DNA of 51,329 bases from Candidatus Hadarchaeota archaeon (GCA_964514945.1 CAZESD010000003.1:1-51329); one strand, 5' to 3'. Positions 35,994 through 45,833 are shown, counted from the stretch's first letter. Notes: a model not told the origin generated them from the letters alone. Translations and numbers: made by a program.

Positions 35994-36118
35994 TGATGTC
36001 AGAGAGTTCATGGCCAGGATGGCTTGGTTGATTTTCAGCACGGCGAGAGGTCGTCGAGCAAAAAGTGTACATGCTGAAAGATGGTGAGGTTGAAGAGTTC
36101 GAGATTGTTGTTGTGTAG
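35986..36118 (+). pseudogene. Possible JAMM/MPN+ metalloprotease C-terminal remnant
   Basis: SSDDVREFM..AWLIFST in one frame, VYMLKDGEVEEFEIVVV* in the +1 frame. Confidence 0.35.
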
Positions 36119-36119
36119 T

Positions 36120-37328
36120 TCATTCGATTGCTAGGTTCTGCCCCCTAGCTATCTCTAGGAACGCTTTCGCGACGCGCTCCACCTTTTCCGTGGTTAGTCC
36201 ATAAGTGTTGAGTTTAAAATGTTTTGTCAGTCCCGGCTGAATCCCAACGATGCCCCTGCGCTTGAGCTCATCGTACAGGAAGAACCCGCGGCGCTTGTGA
36301 GTCTGCGACGCCTTGTAAAATCCCTTCGTCTCCATGTGGATCAGGGTGTGCTGCTTAGGCTTGACCCCCAGCTGTTTGGTCCCCTCAATCCGCTCCAGCT
36401 GCTCGACGAGGTATCTTGCTTGATCTACCTCTTGGGGCCAGCGTTCGACCCGTTCGACCACGTGAGGGAATGAAGCCATCAGCGAGATGAGCGGCGCACC
36501 CATTACCGTGCAACCTAACAAAGCATACTCTTTGAGCCCGAATTTGCGCTCGCTCCAGTCACCCACGACTTTTGATCTCGCCAGCATCTTGTCGACCAGC
36601 TCTTCCTTGAGCGCCAAGATGCCGGTTGGGGCGCTCGCCGCCCATGATTTGTGCCCGCTCGAGACGATGATATCCGCGCCCAGCTTTTTTCCATCGATTG
36701 GCATCACCCCCGCCGTGTAAGCCGCGTTCAGCAGGAAGGGCACCCCATATTTTTTACATATTTCTCCCACGGCCGCGGCATTGTTCAGGTTGCCGTAGAG
36801 GTAATCGACGTGGGTGAGTAGCACCACCACGGGGAGCTTCCCAGTCTCTCGCTTGACCTCCTCTATTTTGTCAGCGTACGCATCCAAGTCGAGCTTAAAC
36901 TCGGGGTAGCCGCCGTGGGGAACCTCCTTGATCTTGAGTCTAGCGAGTTCAGCAGCTATGTAAGTTGAGTAGTGAGCAAGGCTGTCGACGACCACGTAGT
37001 CGCCGGGTTCCCCCAAAGTCGTGAATGTTATGAACTTCGCCTCTCTGCAGCGCGTAACCACTCGAGCTACATCCATGTTCAAAAATTCAGCCAAGTCCCG
37101 CATGAATTGGGCTATGGGGGGGCGCTCGATCGCGTCGAGCCTCGCTGCTTTCGGCGGGCACCAGTCGCAGGTCGAGTAACCGTCACCGAACTCGAGCAGG
37201 GCCTTCCGCGCCTCTGAAGTCAGCACCCCTCCCCGCTGGATGGGGTTAAGGTTGATGTAGTGCTCCTCTTTAAACTCGCGCTGTAGGTTGAGGTATTTTT
37301 CAAGTTTTTCCTTTGGGATTTTGGACAT
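36120..37328 (-). CDS. pscS: O-phosphoseryl-tRNA:Cys-tRNA synthase (SepCysS)
   Basis: PIQRGGVL, FGDGYSTCDWC, AHYST, SGHKSWAASAPTG, LLGCT, FKLNTYG. Confidence 0.96.
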   Translation of the reverse strand: MSKIPKEKLEKYLNLQREFKEEHYINLNPIQRGGVLTSEARKALLEFGDGYSTCDWCPPKAARLDAIERPPIAQFMRDLAEFLNMDVARVVTRCREAKFITFTTLGEPGDYVVVDSLAHYSTYIAAELARLKIKEVPHGGYPEFKLDLDAYADKIEEVKRETGKLPVVVLLTHVDYLYGNLNNAAAVGEICKKYGVPFLLNAAYTAGVMPIDGKKLGADIIVSSGHKSWAASAPTGILALKEELVDKMLARSKVVGDWSERKFGLKEYALLGCTVMGAPLISLMASFPHVVERVERWPQEVDQARYLVEQLERIEGTKQLGVKPKQHTLIHMETKGFYKASQTHKRRGFFLYDELKRRGIVGIQPGLTKHFKLNTYGLTTEKVERVAKAFLEIARGQNLAIE

Positions 37329-37391
37329 ACTAGCATCACCTACCCGGCTTGCTCCTCGAAACGGTGCCCATCATCAATTCCCTATTTCACG

Positions 37392-38183
37392 TTAGGGTTC
37401 ATCTAATAAAATGGGTGCCAGTTGTAACCCATAACTTTGATATCTTTTTGAGATGACCGAAATCTCCTTTGCTTCGGAAAACACTTGGATCAACTTCGGT
37501 AACTTACCACAAGTGCCGATGTGGTCTCCCATCGCGATCAGACACCCTCGAATTTCCGGAATCTCGCGGGCCCGGTTCAAACCTCGCTCGATCGATGACT
37601 TGGCATTCGCTCCCTTCACAGCATTCGCTATGGAAGTCGCGGCAGCGTCAGCGATGGATGCTTCATTGGCGGCCACGACGACAGCATCCGCTTGCCCGAG
37701 GCTCATTGAGTGTCCAACCGTACCCGAGCTCGTGCATATCCCGATAGGTAACTCCTCTTTTTTGATGAGGAATCCTATTCTTCCAGAGCTCTTCGCTTCG
37801 CCAGCGTGAATTCCGACCCGGAACTCTCTATCACCAATTATCGCTATGTCACCACCGTTTTCGACCAGCACATTTTGGGCGCCGGTTTCGCTTGCCGCCT
37901 CAGCTGCGACTTGCGAGATTGCCCCAGCCACCGCTGCGAATGGGCCGACGTCGGCTATTTCAGCTGCCTTCAACATGAGTTCTATGACCTCCAGATGCTC
38001 CCCTTTGATTCTCAGAGGCTCGATGGACCACCTGAACTCCGATTGGATGGTGATGAATTTCTCAATATCACGCCTAGCTTGCAAGCTAGCGCTGATCGCG
38101 GCATTTATCGCCCGCTCATCGTCGCACTTAATATGGAGGTTGGTTTCCTTGGAGGACCAAGTTTGCGAGTACATCTGAATCAC
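37392..38183 (-). CDS. UPF0280/COG2122 ApbE-like protein (MA1715-type sulfide assimilation)
   Basis: VGPFAAVAGAI, VENGGDIA, ICTSSGTVGHSMSLGQADAV, ADAAATSIAN. Confidence 0.9.
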   Translation of the reverse strand: MIQMYSQTWSSKETNLHIKCDDERAINAAISASLQARRDIEKFITIQSEFRWSIEPLRIKGEHLEVIELMLKAAEIADVGPFAAVAGAISQVAAEAASETGAQNVLVENGGDIAIIGDREFRVGIHAGEAKSSGRIGFLIKKEELPIGICTSSGTVGHSMSLGQADAVVVAANEASIADAAATSIANAVKGANAKSSIERGLNRAREIPEIRGCLIAMGDHIGTCGKLPKLIQVFSEAKEISVISKRYQSYGLQLAPILLDEP

Positions 38184-38585
38184 CTAGAACTTCGATAGCT
38201 TGAGTGCTCGTACTGGGCATGATGGTAAGCAGAGCTCGCAGTAAATACACTTGTTCTCGTCGAGCTCGACCGATTTGTCGTCAGTCATGTACAACGCGCC
38301 GGTCGGACAGAGTGAGAGACATGCCCCGCAATCAAAGCATGAATCGCGGTCGAGCTCGATAGCGCGCTTAATCTCCTGGGTCTCGATGCCTTTTTGCTTG
38401 AACAGTGCGATTGTTTTATCAACCTCTTTGTCGGGAGCATCGATTGAAAGCAGTATCTCTCCACCTTTTGTGCTGACTTCAGCGTACAGAATATTGGGCA
38501 GGGCCTCAGTTTCTTTGATCACTGATGCTAAGATGGGCTCCGTGGCTTTTTGGGTGGAGTACCTCAATAGCACCTTTCGAGTCAT
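38184..38585 (-). CDS. NIL-domain ferredoxin (MA1822-type)
   Basis: NIL segment (PNILYA) plus CFDCGACLSLCP and CIYCELCLPSCP. Confidence 0.92.
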   Translation of the reverse strand: MTRKVLLRYSTQKATEPILASVIKETEALPNILYAEVSTKGGEILLSIDAPDKEVDKTIALFKQKGIETQEIKRAIELDRDSCFDCGACLSLCPTGALYMTDDKSVELDENKCIYCELCLPSCPVRALKLSKF

Positions 38586-40096
38586 CTTCCTCGTCCCCCC
38601 AACAACTTAGATAGATTCTGATTCGTCAGGATTCCTCTGAGCTCGCCACGGGCGTTTATCACGGGAACTCCAGAGATTTTGTGTTTTTCAAGTTTCCTCG
38701 CTACTGCATCGACTGGCTCGTCCTCCGTTGCCGTGATGACCTTGGAAGTCAAAACCTCTGACAATTTCTTCTTACCAGTCCCGACTGCCACGGCGATGTC
38801 CCATGAGGTCGCGATTCCCACGAGTCTCCTTTTGGCATCTACGATTGGGAGGTGATCAAAGTTGCGCTCCGCGAATATCTTTGCTGCGCTGGCTATCGAG
38901 TCGCTTGGCTTGGCGGTCACCACCTCTCGCGTCATCACGTCTCTGACAAACGGGACGCCTGTGATCTGTTTCATCGGCTTGAACACTTGATCGGTGGGCA
39001 GCCCCTCCACGGGTTGGGAAAGGAAGAATCGCTTTTCTTCAATCCACTTCTTTAGGACGCCGGCGATTTCTCGTGCCTGCTTCAGGCTGCTCAGGGGACT
39101 AACCGGTACTTCCTCCCCCTCAACTTCAACTTTCCCTGATTTTAGCTCGGCGTATGTGACTTCCTTTAGGATCGGACGCTCTCTTCTTGGCACTCCATAG
39201 TCGGTGAGATCAATCCTTATCTCATCATCGCTGATGCCAGTCGTCTTGGCAACACGTTCGTTGATGATTGGGATAGGGATACCCAATCCGATGTACAGCG
39301 AGGTTCCGTATCCTTCGATTGTCCCCCCCCTGATGTACCGCGCGTCCATTTCCTTGAGGTTCCCAATGGTCATGATGGTCCCCATTGCTTTGGTCGGCGC
39401 ATGTTGGGTGCCTTCCCAGAAGATGTACCCTTGGGTGCCTCCTAAGAAGATACGCGTCCCGGCGCCGATTGTTTCATAATTGGGGTCGTTGTGCAGCGGG
39501 CTCAAAGCGCCCGAGCCCGAGTAGGCCACGTTGCCATAGTTCGGCAGCAAGGTACCCATGTAGGTGTAGATCGTTTCATCACGCGAGTTCGTGGCCGCGA
39601 CGTAGCGCTGGTAGGCGTTACGTGGGTTGCAGAGGACGGCCTGATTTATGTCGTCCTTGGTTATAGTGATCTCGAGCTCCTTGCGTGGATAGCAATCGGT
39701 GCCGTACGCGATTGCCTTGACCTTGATTTCCTTACCTCGAACCAAATCTTCGATGACATGCCCGCCGCCGTACTCAAAGCCGTGGGTCTCGCTGAGCTGG
39801 GTGGCGCCTATGTAAGCATCGACGGCCGCAACGCCGGCGTAAGCTTCGACATCGTTGAGCCAGACACGTTGCATTTTGATTGGCGGGTCAGCATGCCCGA
39901 AGTTCAACCAAGCCCCCGAGCTGCACATCGCCCCGAAAGTCCCCGTGGTGACGATGTCCACTTCTTTGGCAGCCTCGACTTCGCCCCTTTCCCTCACGAT
40001 TTCTACCATCTGCTCAGCTGTCACAACCACCGCGTCGCCACGCTTAATACGGTCGTTTATTTCGGCTATCGACTTGTTTACCTTGGGTTTGGCCAG
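38582..40096 (-). CDS. L-aspartate semialdehyde sulfurtransferase / homocysteine biosynthesis protein (DUF39 + CBS pair, MA1821-type)
   Basis: DIVTTGTFGAMCSSGA, GGGHVIEDL, NPRNAYQRY, YTYMG, two CBS repeats; conserved N-terminus SIAEINDRIKRGDAVVVTAE extends upstream of ORF-track start to CTG at 40096. Confidence 0.92.
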   Translation of the reverse strand: MAKPKVNKSIAEINDRIKRGDAVVVTAEQMVEIVRERGEVEAAKEVDIVTTGTFGAMCSSGAWLNFGHADPPIKMQRVWLNDVEAYAGVAAVDAYIGATQLSETHGFEYGGGHVIEDLVRGKEIKVKAIAYGTDCYPRKELEITITKDDINQAVLCNPRNAYQRYVAATNSRDETIYTYMGTLLPNYGNVAYSGSGALSPLHNDPNYETIGAGTRIFLGGTQGYIFWEGTQHAPTKAMGTIMTIGNLKEMDARYIRGGTIEGYGTSLYIGLGIPIPIINERVAKTTGISDDEIRIDLTDYGVPRRERPILKEVTYAELKSGKVEVEGEEVPVSPLSSLKQAREIAGVLKKWIEEKRFFLSQPVEGLPTDQVFKPMKQITGVPFVRDVMTREVVTAKPSDSIASAAKIFAERNFDHLPIVDAKRRLVGIATSWDIAVAVGTGKKKLSEVLTSKVITATEDEPVDAVARKLEKHKISGVPVINARGELRGILTNQNLSKLLGGRGR

Positions 40097-40125
40097 TCTA
40101 ACACCCCCGATTTCAGGAACCAGTG

Positions 40126-40143
40126 ATAAATACTGATATTTAT
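40126..40143. promoter_or_regulatory. Palindrome overlapping probable TATA box of sulfur operon
   Basis: ATAAATA-ctga-TATTTAT; minus-strand TATAAATA overlaps its right arm. Confidence 0.4.
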
Positions 40144-40307
40144 ATTTTTTGGATTAAAAATTACTCACAGGAATATCAAAGATTTGTTTTGCTCACGAGG
40201 AAACCACAGTAGTAAGTAGCAGTGTCCCCATTCCTTGAAATAAAAAGTTATGTGAAAGGCGAGAGATTTTAAAGTGAGCTGCTAGAAGTTAATGTGGAGG
40301 TAGGCGA

Positions 40308-40541
40308 ATGGTGAACGCGTATAGTTTAATCTCTGCTGAACCGGGAAAGACGCCAGAGGTTTTCCGGAGGATCAAATCTATCGAGGGCATCAAAAAGGCG
40401 GAGACCGTTGCGGGCCCCTATGACATCGTTGCTCGGATTGAGGTCGACTCGCTCGAGAAGTTGACCAAAATTATTTTTGGCGAAATTCGGAGCACCCCAG
40501 GCGTCACCAACACTACGACGTTAATCGTGGTAGGATTGTAA
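40308..40541 (+). CDS. Lrp/AsnC ligand-binding-domain-only protein
   Basis: VAGPYDIVARIE, IRSTPGVTNTTT; no HTH. Confidence 0.9.
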   Translation: MVNAYSLISAEPGKTPEVFRRIKSIEGIKKAETVAGPYDIVARIEVDSLEKLTKIIFGEIRSTPGVTNTTTLIVVGL

Positions 40542-41107
40542 TGGCTCTTGAGGTAATCGGTATCGTCGGCCTTCACGGTTCGGGGAAGACTGAAGTGGCC
40601 AAGGCGCTTGCTGAATTTGATGTCACGAGCGTTCGGATGGGCGATATTGTCTGGGAGGAGGTCAAGCGCCGGGGTCAAGAGATTAACGAATCGACCGTCG
40701 CGGCAGTCGCGAACGAGTTCAGGAAGCGCGAGGGCTTGGGCGCGATTGCCAAGCGATGTGTCCCGCTGATTGAGTTCCGGGGCAAGGGAAAGCAGGCAGT
40801 CGTCGTTGATGGAATTCGTGGCATAGCTGAGGTTGACGAGTTCCGCCGCTCCTTCGGCGACAGTTTTCATTTACTTGCGGTTTGGGCGAGCGAACACACC
40901 CGCTATTCCCGCGTCGCCTCCCGAAGGAGAGTCGACGATGTGATGGAGTTAAAATCATTTCGAGAGAAGGACCGCCGTGAGCTCAGCTGGGGTTTGGGTG
41001 AGGCGTTCGCGCTCGCAGATTTCATCATCGTGAACGAGGGAACACTCGATGAACTTCATAATCGTGCGGTCAAACTTTTTGAGAACTTGGTTGGTGGCAA
41101 GGCTTGA
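40541..41107 (+). CDS. UPF0200 P-loop nucleotide kinase (dephospho-CoA kinase-like)
   Basis: GLHGSGKT, MGDIV, VVDGIRG, RDRRELSWGLG, ADFIIVNEG. Confidence 0.85.
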   Translation: MALEVIGIVGLHGSGKTEVAKALAEFDVTSVRMGDIVWEEVKRRGQEINESTVAAVANEFRKREGLGAIAKRCVPLIEFRGKGKQAVVVDGIRGIAEVDEFRRSFGDSFHLLAVWASEHTRYSRVASRRRVDDVMELKSFREKDRRELSWGLGEAFALADFIIVNEGTLDELHNRAVKLFENLVGGKA

Positions 41108-41508
41108 GGTTGCAAGTCGAGGTGGAGGTAAAGCCGACTGAAGACAAGGAGAAGGTTGAAGCAGCGGTAAAGAAAATATTCCCCACCCTTGAACTCAGCC
41201 AAAATGAAAATTCACTAGTTGGGGAGTCCATCCGCGCGGAATCGCTTGATCGATTGCATCAGCTTTTGAGAGAACAAGCCATCCGTGACTCAGCCCGCTC
41301 GATGATGCTCCGAGGCAGGCGAGGCAGTGTGGTACAATTCATGTTAAATAAGCAGGTGGCTTTCGTCGGGAAAGTGAGCTTTACTGGAGGCGAGTCCCCG
41401 CTCGGCCCCATCGTCGTGACGCTGGAGGCCCCGGACATCGAACGTTTGATTGATTACCTCGCCCCTCGAACGCGGGAGGAAAAGCCCATCCGCGAGATTA
41501 GATATTGA
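41104..41508 (+). CDS. UPF0201/DUF54 RNA-binding protein
   Basis: PTEDKEKVEAAVKKIFP, IRDSAR, LNKQVAFVG, LIDYLAPRT. Confidence 0.88.
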   Translation: MRLQVEVEVKPTEDKEKVEAAVKKIFPTLELSQNENSLVGESIRAESLDRLHQLLREQAIRDSARSMMLRGRRGSVVQFMLNKQVAFVGKVSFTGGESPLGPIVVTLEAPDIERLIDYLAPRTREEKPIREIRY

Positions 41509-41881
41509 CCAGCAGCGCAAGCAGGACCCCCAGCAAGTAGTATCCGATGGCATTATAGCCCTCGAGCAGAAAAATTTTCGTTACGAGTTTGGAGGGCTTT
41601 CGTTTTAAAAACCTCCAAGGTCTGACCCCACGATGCATCAGGTAAAGCTCGATGGGTCCTATAACCGCGAGTACGAATAGGATCAAAAGTAGAGCCGTCA
41701 AGAAGTCCGAGAACCAGCAGATGATGAAGCCAGCTGGCAGGTATCCAACCCACCGTTCGACCGTTCCAAGCTTCGCGTGGCTTATCGGAACGCGAACTCC
41801 AAGTGAGCGGTAATACGTCACGATTTGCTTGAGCGCGAAGACATCGATGATTGGGAGCAGCCAGAGCAATACTTGTAACAT
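41498..41881 (-). CDS. Hypothetical membrane protein
   Basis: 127 aa, 3-4 hydrophobic segments, fills gap behind an AT-rich promoter. Confidence 0.7.
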   Translation of the reverse strand: MLQVLLWLLPIIDVFALKQIVTYYRSLGVRVPISHAKLGTVERWVGYLPAGFIICWFSDFLTALLLILFVLAVIGPIELYLMHRGVRPWRFLKRKPSKLVTKIFLLEGYNAIGYYLLGVLLALLVNI

Positions 41882-41932
41882 ATTAAAAACTTAAAGTTTG
41901 ATTGTAAATGTATCTAGTGGGGAGGATCGGGT

Positions 41933-42775
41933 GTGTACAAGATAATCACTAAAAGGGAAATTGCCCCGAATATCATTTCATTAGAAGTTGCTGCCCCACT
42001 GATCGCAAAGAGGGTCAAGCCGGGACAGTTTATAATTTTGTTGGCCGATGAAAGAGGAGAACGAATTCCAGTGACCGTTGCCGACTACAATCGAGAAAAT
42101 GGGTTGATACGCATTGTATTCCAAGTGGTAGGTAAGACTACAGCTCAGCTCTCTCAAATGAATGAGGGAGATCAAATTTTTTCGCTTGTTGGGCCTCTAG
42201 GCAATCCATCCGAAATCGACAACTATGGTACCGTGGTAACCGTGGGGGGAGGAACGGGTATCGCTTCAGTATATCCCATAACACGGGAACTAAAAAAAGC
42301 TGGCAACCGAGTCATCTCGATTATCGGCGCAAAAACAAGAGATTTGATTATCATGGAAGATGAGATAAGAAAAGCCTCCACTGAGCTTTTGGTTACTACC
42401 GATGACGGAAGTTACGCTAGGAAGGGTTTCGTAACGGAGATTTTAGATGAAGTTTTGCAAAAGGAGAAGGACGTGAAAAAAGTGTGGGCCATTGGTCCTG
42501 CTCCAATGATGAAGGCCGCATCTGAGGTTACTAAGCCGCATGGGGTGGAAACGATTGTCAGCTTGAACGCCATCATGGTGGACGGAACGGGCATGTGCGG
42601 ATCATGCAGGGTTACCGTGAATGGTGAGACGAAGTTTGTCTGTGTGGATGGTCCAGAGTTCAATGGACATTTGGTTGACTGGCCGGAGTTCATGAACCGA
42701 CTAGCGCGATATGAGGAGATGGAAAAACACTCCTTCGAAGCTTACAGAAAAGCATGTGGGGAAGAAAATGGCTGA
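41933..42775 (+). CDS. nfnA: NfnA/SudB small subunit (FAD, 2Fe-2S)
   Basis: PGQFII, GERIPVT, GPLGNP, GGGTG, DDGSY, MVDGTGMCGSCRV...CVDGPEF. Confidence 0.92.
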   Translation: MYKIITKREIAPNIISLEVAAPLIAKRVKPGQFIILLADERGERIPVTVADYNRENGLIRIVFQVVGKTTAQLSQMNEGDQIFSLVGPLGNPSEIDNYGTVVTVGGGTGIASVYPITRELKKAGNRVISIIGAKTRDLIIMEDEIRKASTELLVTTDDGSYARKGFVTEILDEVLQKEKDVKKVWAIGPAPMMKAASEVTKPHGVETIVSLNAIMVDGTGMCGSCRVTVNGETKFVCVDGPEFNGHLVDWPEFMNRLARYEEMEKHSFEAYRKACGEENG

Positions 42776-44204
42776 GATGATACCCACTCCTGAGCGAATG
42801 AAAAGGTCTCAACGCCCGATGCCCGAGCAAGATCCTAAAAAAAGGGTCTGCAATTTTGACGAAGTGCCGCTAGGATACACTACCGAAGACGCCATCTACG
42901 AGGCGCAGAGGTGTTTGCAATGTAACCCTCCGCCATGTGTAGAGGGCTGTCCGGCTGAGATTCATATCCCACAGTTCATCCTTAAAATAGTTGAGGAAGA
43001 TTTCGCTAGCGCATATCTTGAGATATTAAAAACAAATAGCCTCCCCACCATGTGTGGAAGGGTTTGTCCGCAGGAGGAGCAGTGCCAGCGCGCATGTGTT
43101 TATAATAAAATGGGCAAGCCGATTTCCATAGGGAGGCTGGAACGGTTTGTCTCCGATTGGGCGAGAAAACATGATACAAAGGAGAAATTGCCGGATAGTA
43201 AAAAGAAAGGTAAACTGGTTGCGGTCGTGGGTTCTGGGCCAGCCGGGTTGACTTGTGCAGCAGACCTAGCGAAGATGGGTTATGATGTAACGATATTCGA
43301 GGCGCTTCATAAAACGGGAGGTGTTTTAACTTATGGCATTCCTGAGTTCAGATTGCCTAAAAAAATCGTGGGATATGAAGTAGACAAAATTAAGGAGCTT
43401 AGTGTGAAAGTTGTAACAGATTTCGTGGTGGGGCTTACAAAAAGCGTTGATGAACTAGCTGGGGAGTTTGACGCAATATTTCTCGCGAACGGCGCTGGCG
43501 CACCCCAGTTTATGCACATCCCTGGGGAAAATTTAAACGATGTATATTCTGCCAACGAATTCCTGACACGTTCTAATCTCATGAAGGCTTACAAATTTCC
43601 CGAATTTGACACACCCATCAAGGCGGGTAAAAAAGTGGTTGTCATAGGGGGCGGGAATGTGGCTATGGATGCCGCGAGGACCGCTTTGAGGCTGGGTGCG
43701 AAGGATGTGCATGTGGTTTACAGAAGGACCAAAGAAGAGGCGCCAGCTAGGGCAGAAGAAATTGCGCACGCTGAGGAAGAGGGCATAATGTTCGATTTTC
43801 TTACTCTGCCCGTGAGAATTCTGGGTGATGAAAAGGGCAACGTTACCGGAATGGAATGTATTAAGATGCGACTGGGAGAACCAGACAAATCTGGGCGAAG
43901 AAAGCCGCTCCCCATCGAGGGATCGAATTTCGTTATGCAAGTGGACATGGTTATCTGCGCGATTGGGACGACAGCGAATCCCATCGTGTCGAGAAGTGCA
44001 ACTAGCGTGCAAACAAACAAACGTGGATATTTTATAGTAGATGAAAAAACGCGTGCAACGAGTAGAGAAGGAATATTTGCAGGAGGGGATATCACTCGAG
44101 GGTCGGCGACGGTGATTTCAGCGATAGGGGATGGAAAAAAAGCTGCTAGAGCTATAGACCGCTATCTTTCTTCGGGCGGCAGATTGAGGAAAAGTAAAAA
44201 ATAA
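42768..44204 (+). CDS. nfnB: NfnB/SudA large subunit (GltD-like)
   Basis: Start ATG 42768; RCLQC...CVEGCP, CGRVCPQEEQC, GSGPAG, YGIPEFRLPK, GGGNVAMD, FAGGD. Confidence 0.92.
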   Translation: MAEMIPTPERMKRSQRPMPEQDPKKRVCNFDEVPLGYTTEDAIYEAQRCLQCNPPPCVEGCPAEIHIPQFILKIVEEDFASAYLEILKTNSLPTMCGRVCPQEEQCQRACVYNKMGKPISIGRLERFVSDWARKHDTKEKLPDSKKKGKLVAVVGSGPAGLTCAADLAKMGYDVTIFEALHKTGGVLTYGIPEFRLPKKIVGYEVDKIKELSVKVVTDFVVGLTKSVDELAGEFDAIFLANGAGAPQFMHIPGENLNDVYSANEFLTRSNLMKAYKFPEFDTPIKAGKKVVVIGGGNVAMDAARTALRLGAKDVHVVYRRTKEEAPARAEEIAHAEEEGIMFDFLTLPVRILGDEKGNVTGMECIKMRLGEPDKSGRRKPLPIEGSNFVMQVDMVICAIGTTANPIVSRSATSVQTNKRGYFIVDEKTRATSREGIFAGGDITRGSATVISAIGDGKKAARAIDRYLSSGGRLRKSKK

Positions 44205-44337
44205 TAATTTCGCCAACATTCTCTCCGTATTTTATTAAGGCGCATGAAATAAGGATTAAAGAATAATTAATGCCGTGCGTAAAAATTAAGGTTCCAGTGT
44301 GCTGATGTGGTCGGCTTAATTCATTATTAAAGATGAA

Positions 44338-45585
44338 CTAAATCCAGCCACGAATTTTCATTGCTTCAGCGACCCTCTTAACAGCAACTACGTAAGCAGC
44401 CTGTCGCATGTTTACACCATATTCCTTAGAAGCGTTCAGTACCGAAGAATATGCGGCCGTCATTTTATTCTTTAAACGTTCGTGAATTTCCTTTTCGCTC
44501 CAATAATACATGTAGAAATTCTGCACCATCTCAAAGTAGGAAACCGTTACTCCACCAGCATTGCACAAGAAATCGGGTATCACATGGGCACCGTTTTTAT
44601 ATAAAATATCATCAGCTTCCGGTGTAGTTGGACCATTTGCTAACTCAGCGACGATTTTGGCTTTAATGTTTGGCGCATTCTTTCCAGTAATAACATTTTC
44701 TAAAGCAGCGGGGATGAGTATATCCACTTCGAGTTCTAGGAGTTTTTCATTAGAAATAGGTTTAGTATTTGGGAAATTAATTACTGAACTTGTCTTAGCC
44801 TTGTGCTCACGAACTGCATCAGGGTCAAGACCGCCCTTGCTGAATATACCGCCCTTGCTATCGCTGACAGCAACTATCTTAGATCCGAAAAGATTTTTTG
44901 TAAGATGTGCAGCATGATACCCAGCATTACCGTAGCCTTGCACGGCAATGGTAGCTTTCTTGAGGTCTATCCCGCAAACTTTTGCCGCTTCACGAATTGT
45001 GTGTAGGCCACCCCGGGCTGTTGCATCACCGCGTCCGGCAGAACCACCTATGCCGAGCGGTTTACCTGTGACGACACCAAATCTATTCTTTCCAGCAATT
45101 TTTGAGTATTCGTCCATCATCCAAGCCATTACCTGAGGGTTGGTGTAGACATCGGGTGCGGGAATATCTTTGTCTGGACCAATAAATTGCCACACCTGAT
45201 TAATGTATGCCCGGCTCAAACGTTCCAACTCACCTCGGGACATCTGTTTGGGGTTGCAGATGACCCCACCTTTTGCTCCTCCAAGAGGCAAATCAAGAAG
45301 AGCACATTTCCATGTCATCCAAGCTGCAAGTGCCCGCACTGTATCGATTGTTTCATCGGGATGGAATCGAATTCCTCCTTTTGTTGGGCCTCTCGCATCA
45401 TTGTATTGAACCCTGAACCCTTGGAATACTTTGATAGAGCCGTCATCCATGCGGATCGGCAAGGATACGTGGAGTTCACGCATCGGGACTCGAAGGATTT
45501 CATGTACATTAGAATCTAACTTTAGAATCTTTGCGCACTTGTCCAACTGTTTTTGCACGACCTCAAACGGGTTAAGTTTCGTCAT
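44338..45585 (-). CDS. gdhA: Glutamate dehydrogenase
   Basis: [49 protein letters not shown]. Confidence 0.97.
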   Translation of the reverse strand: MTKLNPFEVVQKQLDKCAKILKLDSNVHEILRVPMRELHVSLPIRMDDGSIKVFQGFRVQYNDARGPTKGGIRFHPDETIDTVRALAAWMTWKCALLDLPLGGAKGGVICNPKQMSRGELERLSRAYINQVWQFIGPDKDIPAPDVYTNPQVMAWMMDEYSKIAGKNRFGVVTGKPLGIGGSAGRGDATARGGLHTIREAAKVCGIDLKKATIAVQGYGNAGYHAAHLTKNLFGSKIVAVSDSKGGIFSKGGLDPDAVREHKAKTSSVINFPNTKPISNEKLLELEVDILIPAALENVITGKNAPNIKAKIVAELANGPTTPEADDILYKNGAHVIPDFLCNAGGVTVSYFEMVQNFYMYYWSEKEIHERLKNKMTAAYSSVLNASKEYGVNMRQAAYVVAVKRVAEAMKIRGWI

Positions 45586-45833
45586 TTTCTTTTGTCACCT
45601 TTCCTAATTTAATCTAAATATTTTTTTTACCTCGAATATTTATGAATTGTCTTTCCTATATCCTTTATCATGAAAGAAATAAATAGCGCTGCGGTACAGG
45701 AACGTTATGAATTAGAAGGCAGGCGCATACAAGAAGAAAAGTTAAGGAGGTACTTCCAAACAGAAAAAAAGTTTTTGAAATCGGGCAAAGAGTTATGAAT
45801 AGCACTGGACAAATCATAAGAAGAGTATAATGG

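Noticed and set aside
39491-40126. 211-aa plus-strand ORF
   Set aside because: Antisense to DUF39 gene, typical of GC-rich shadow frames
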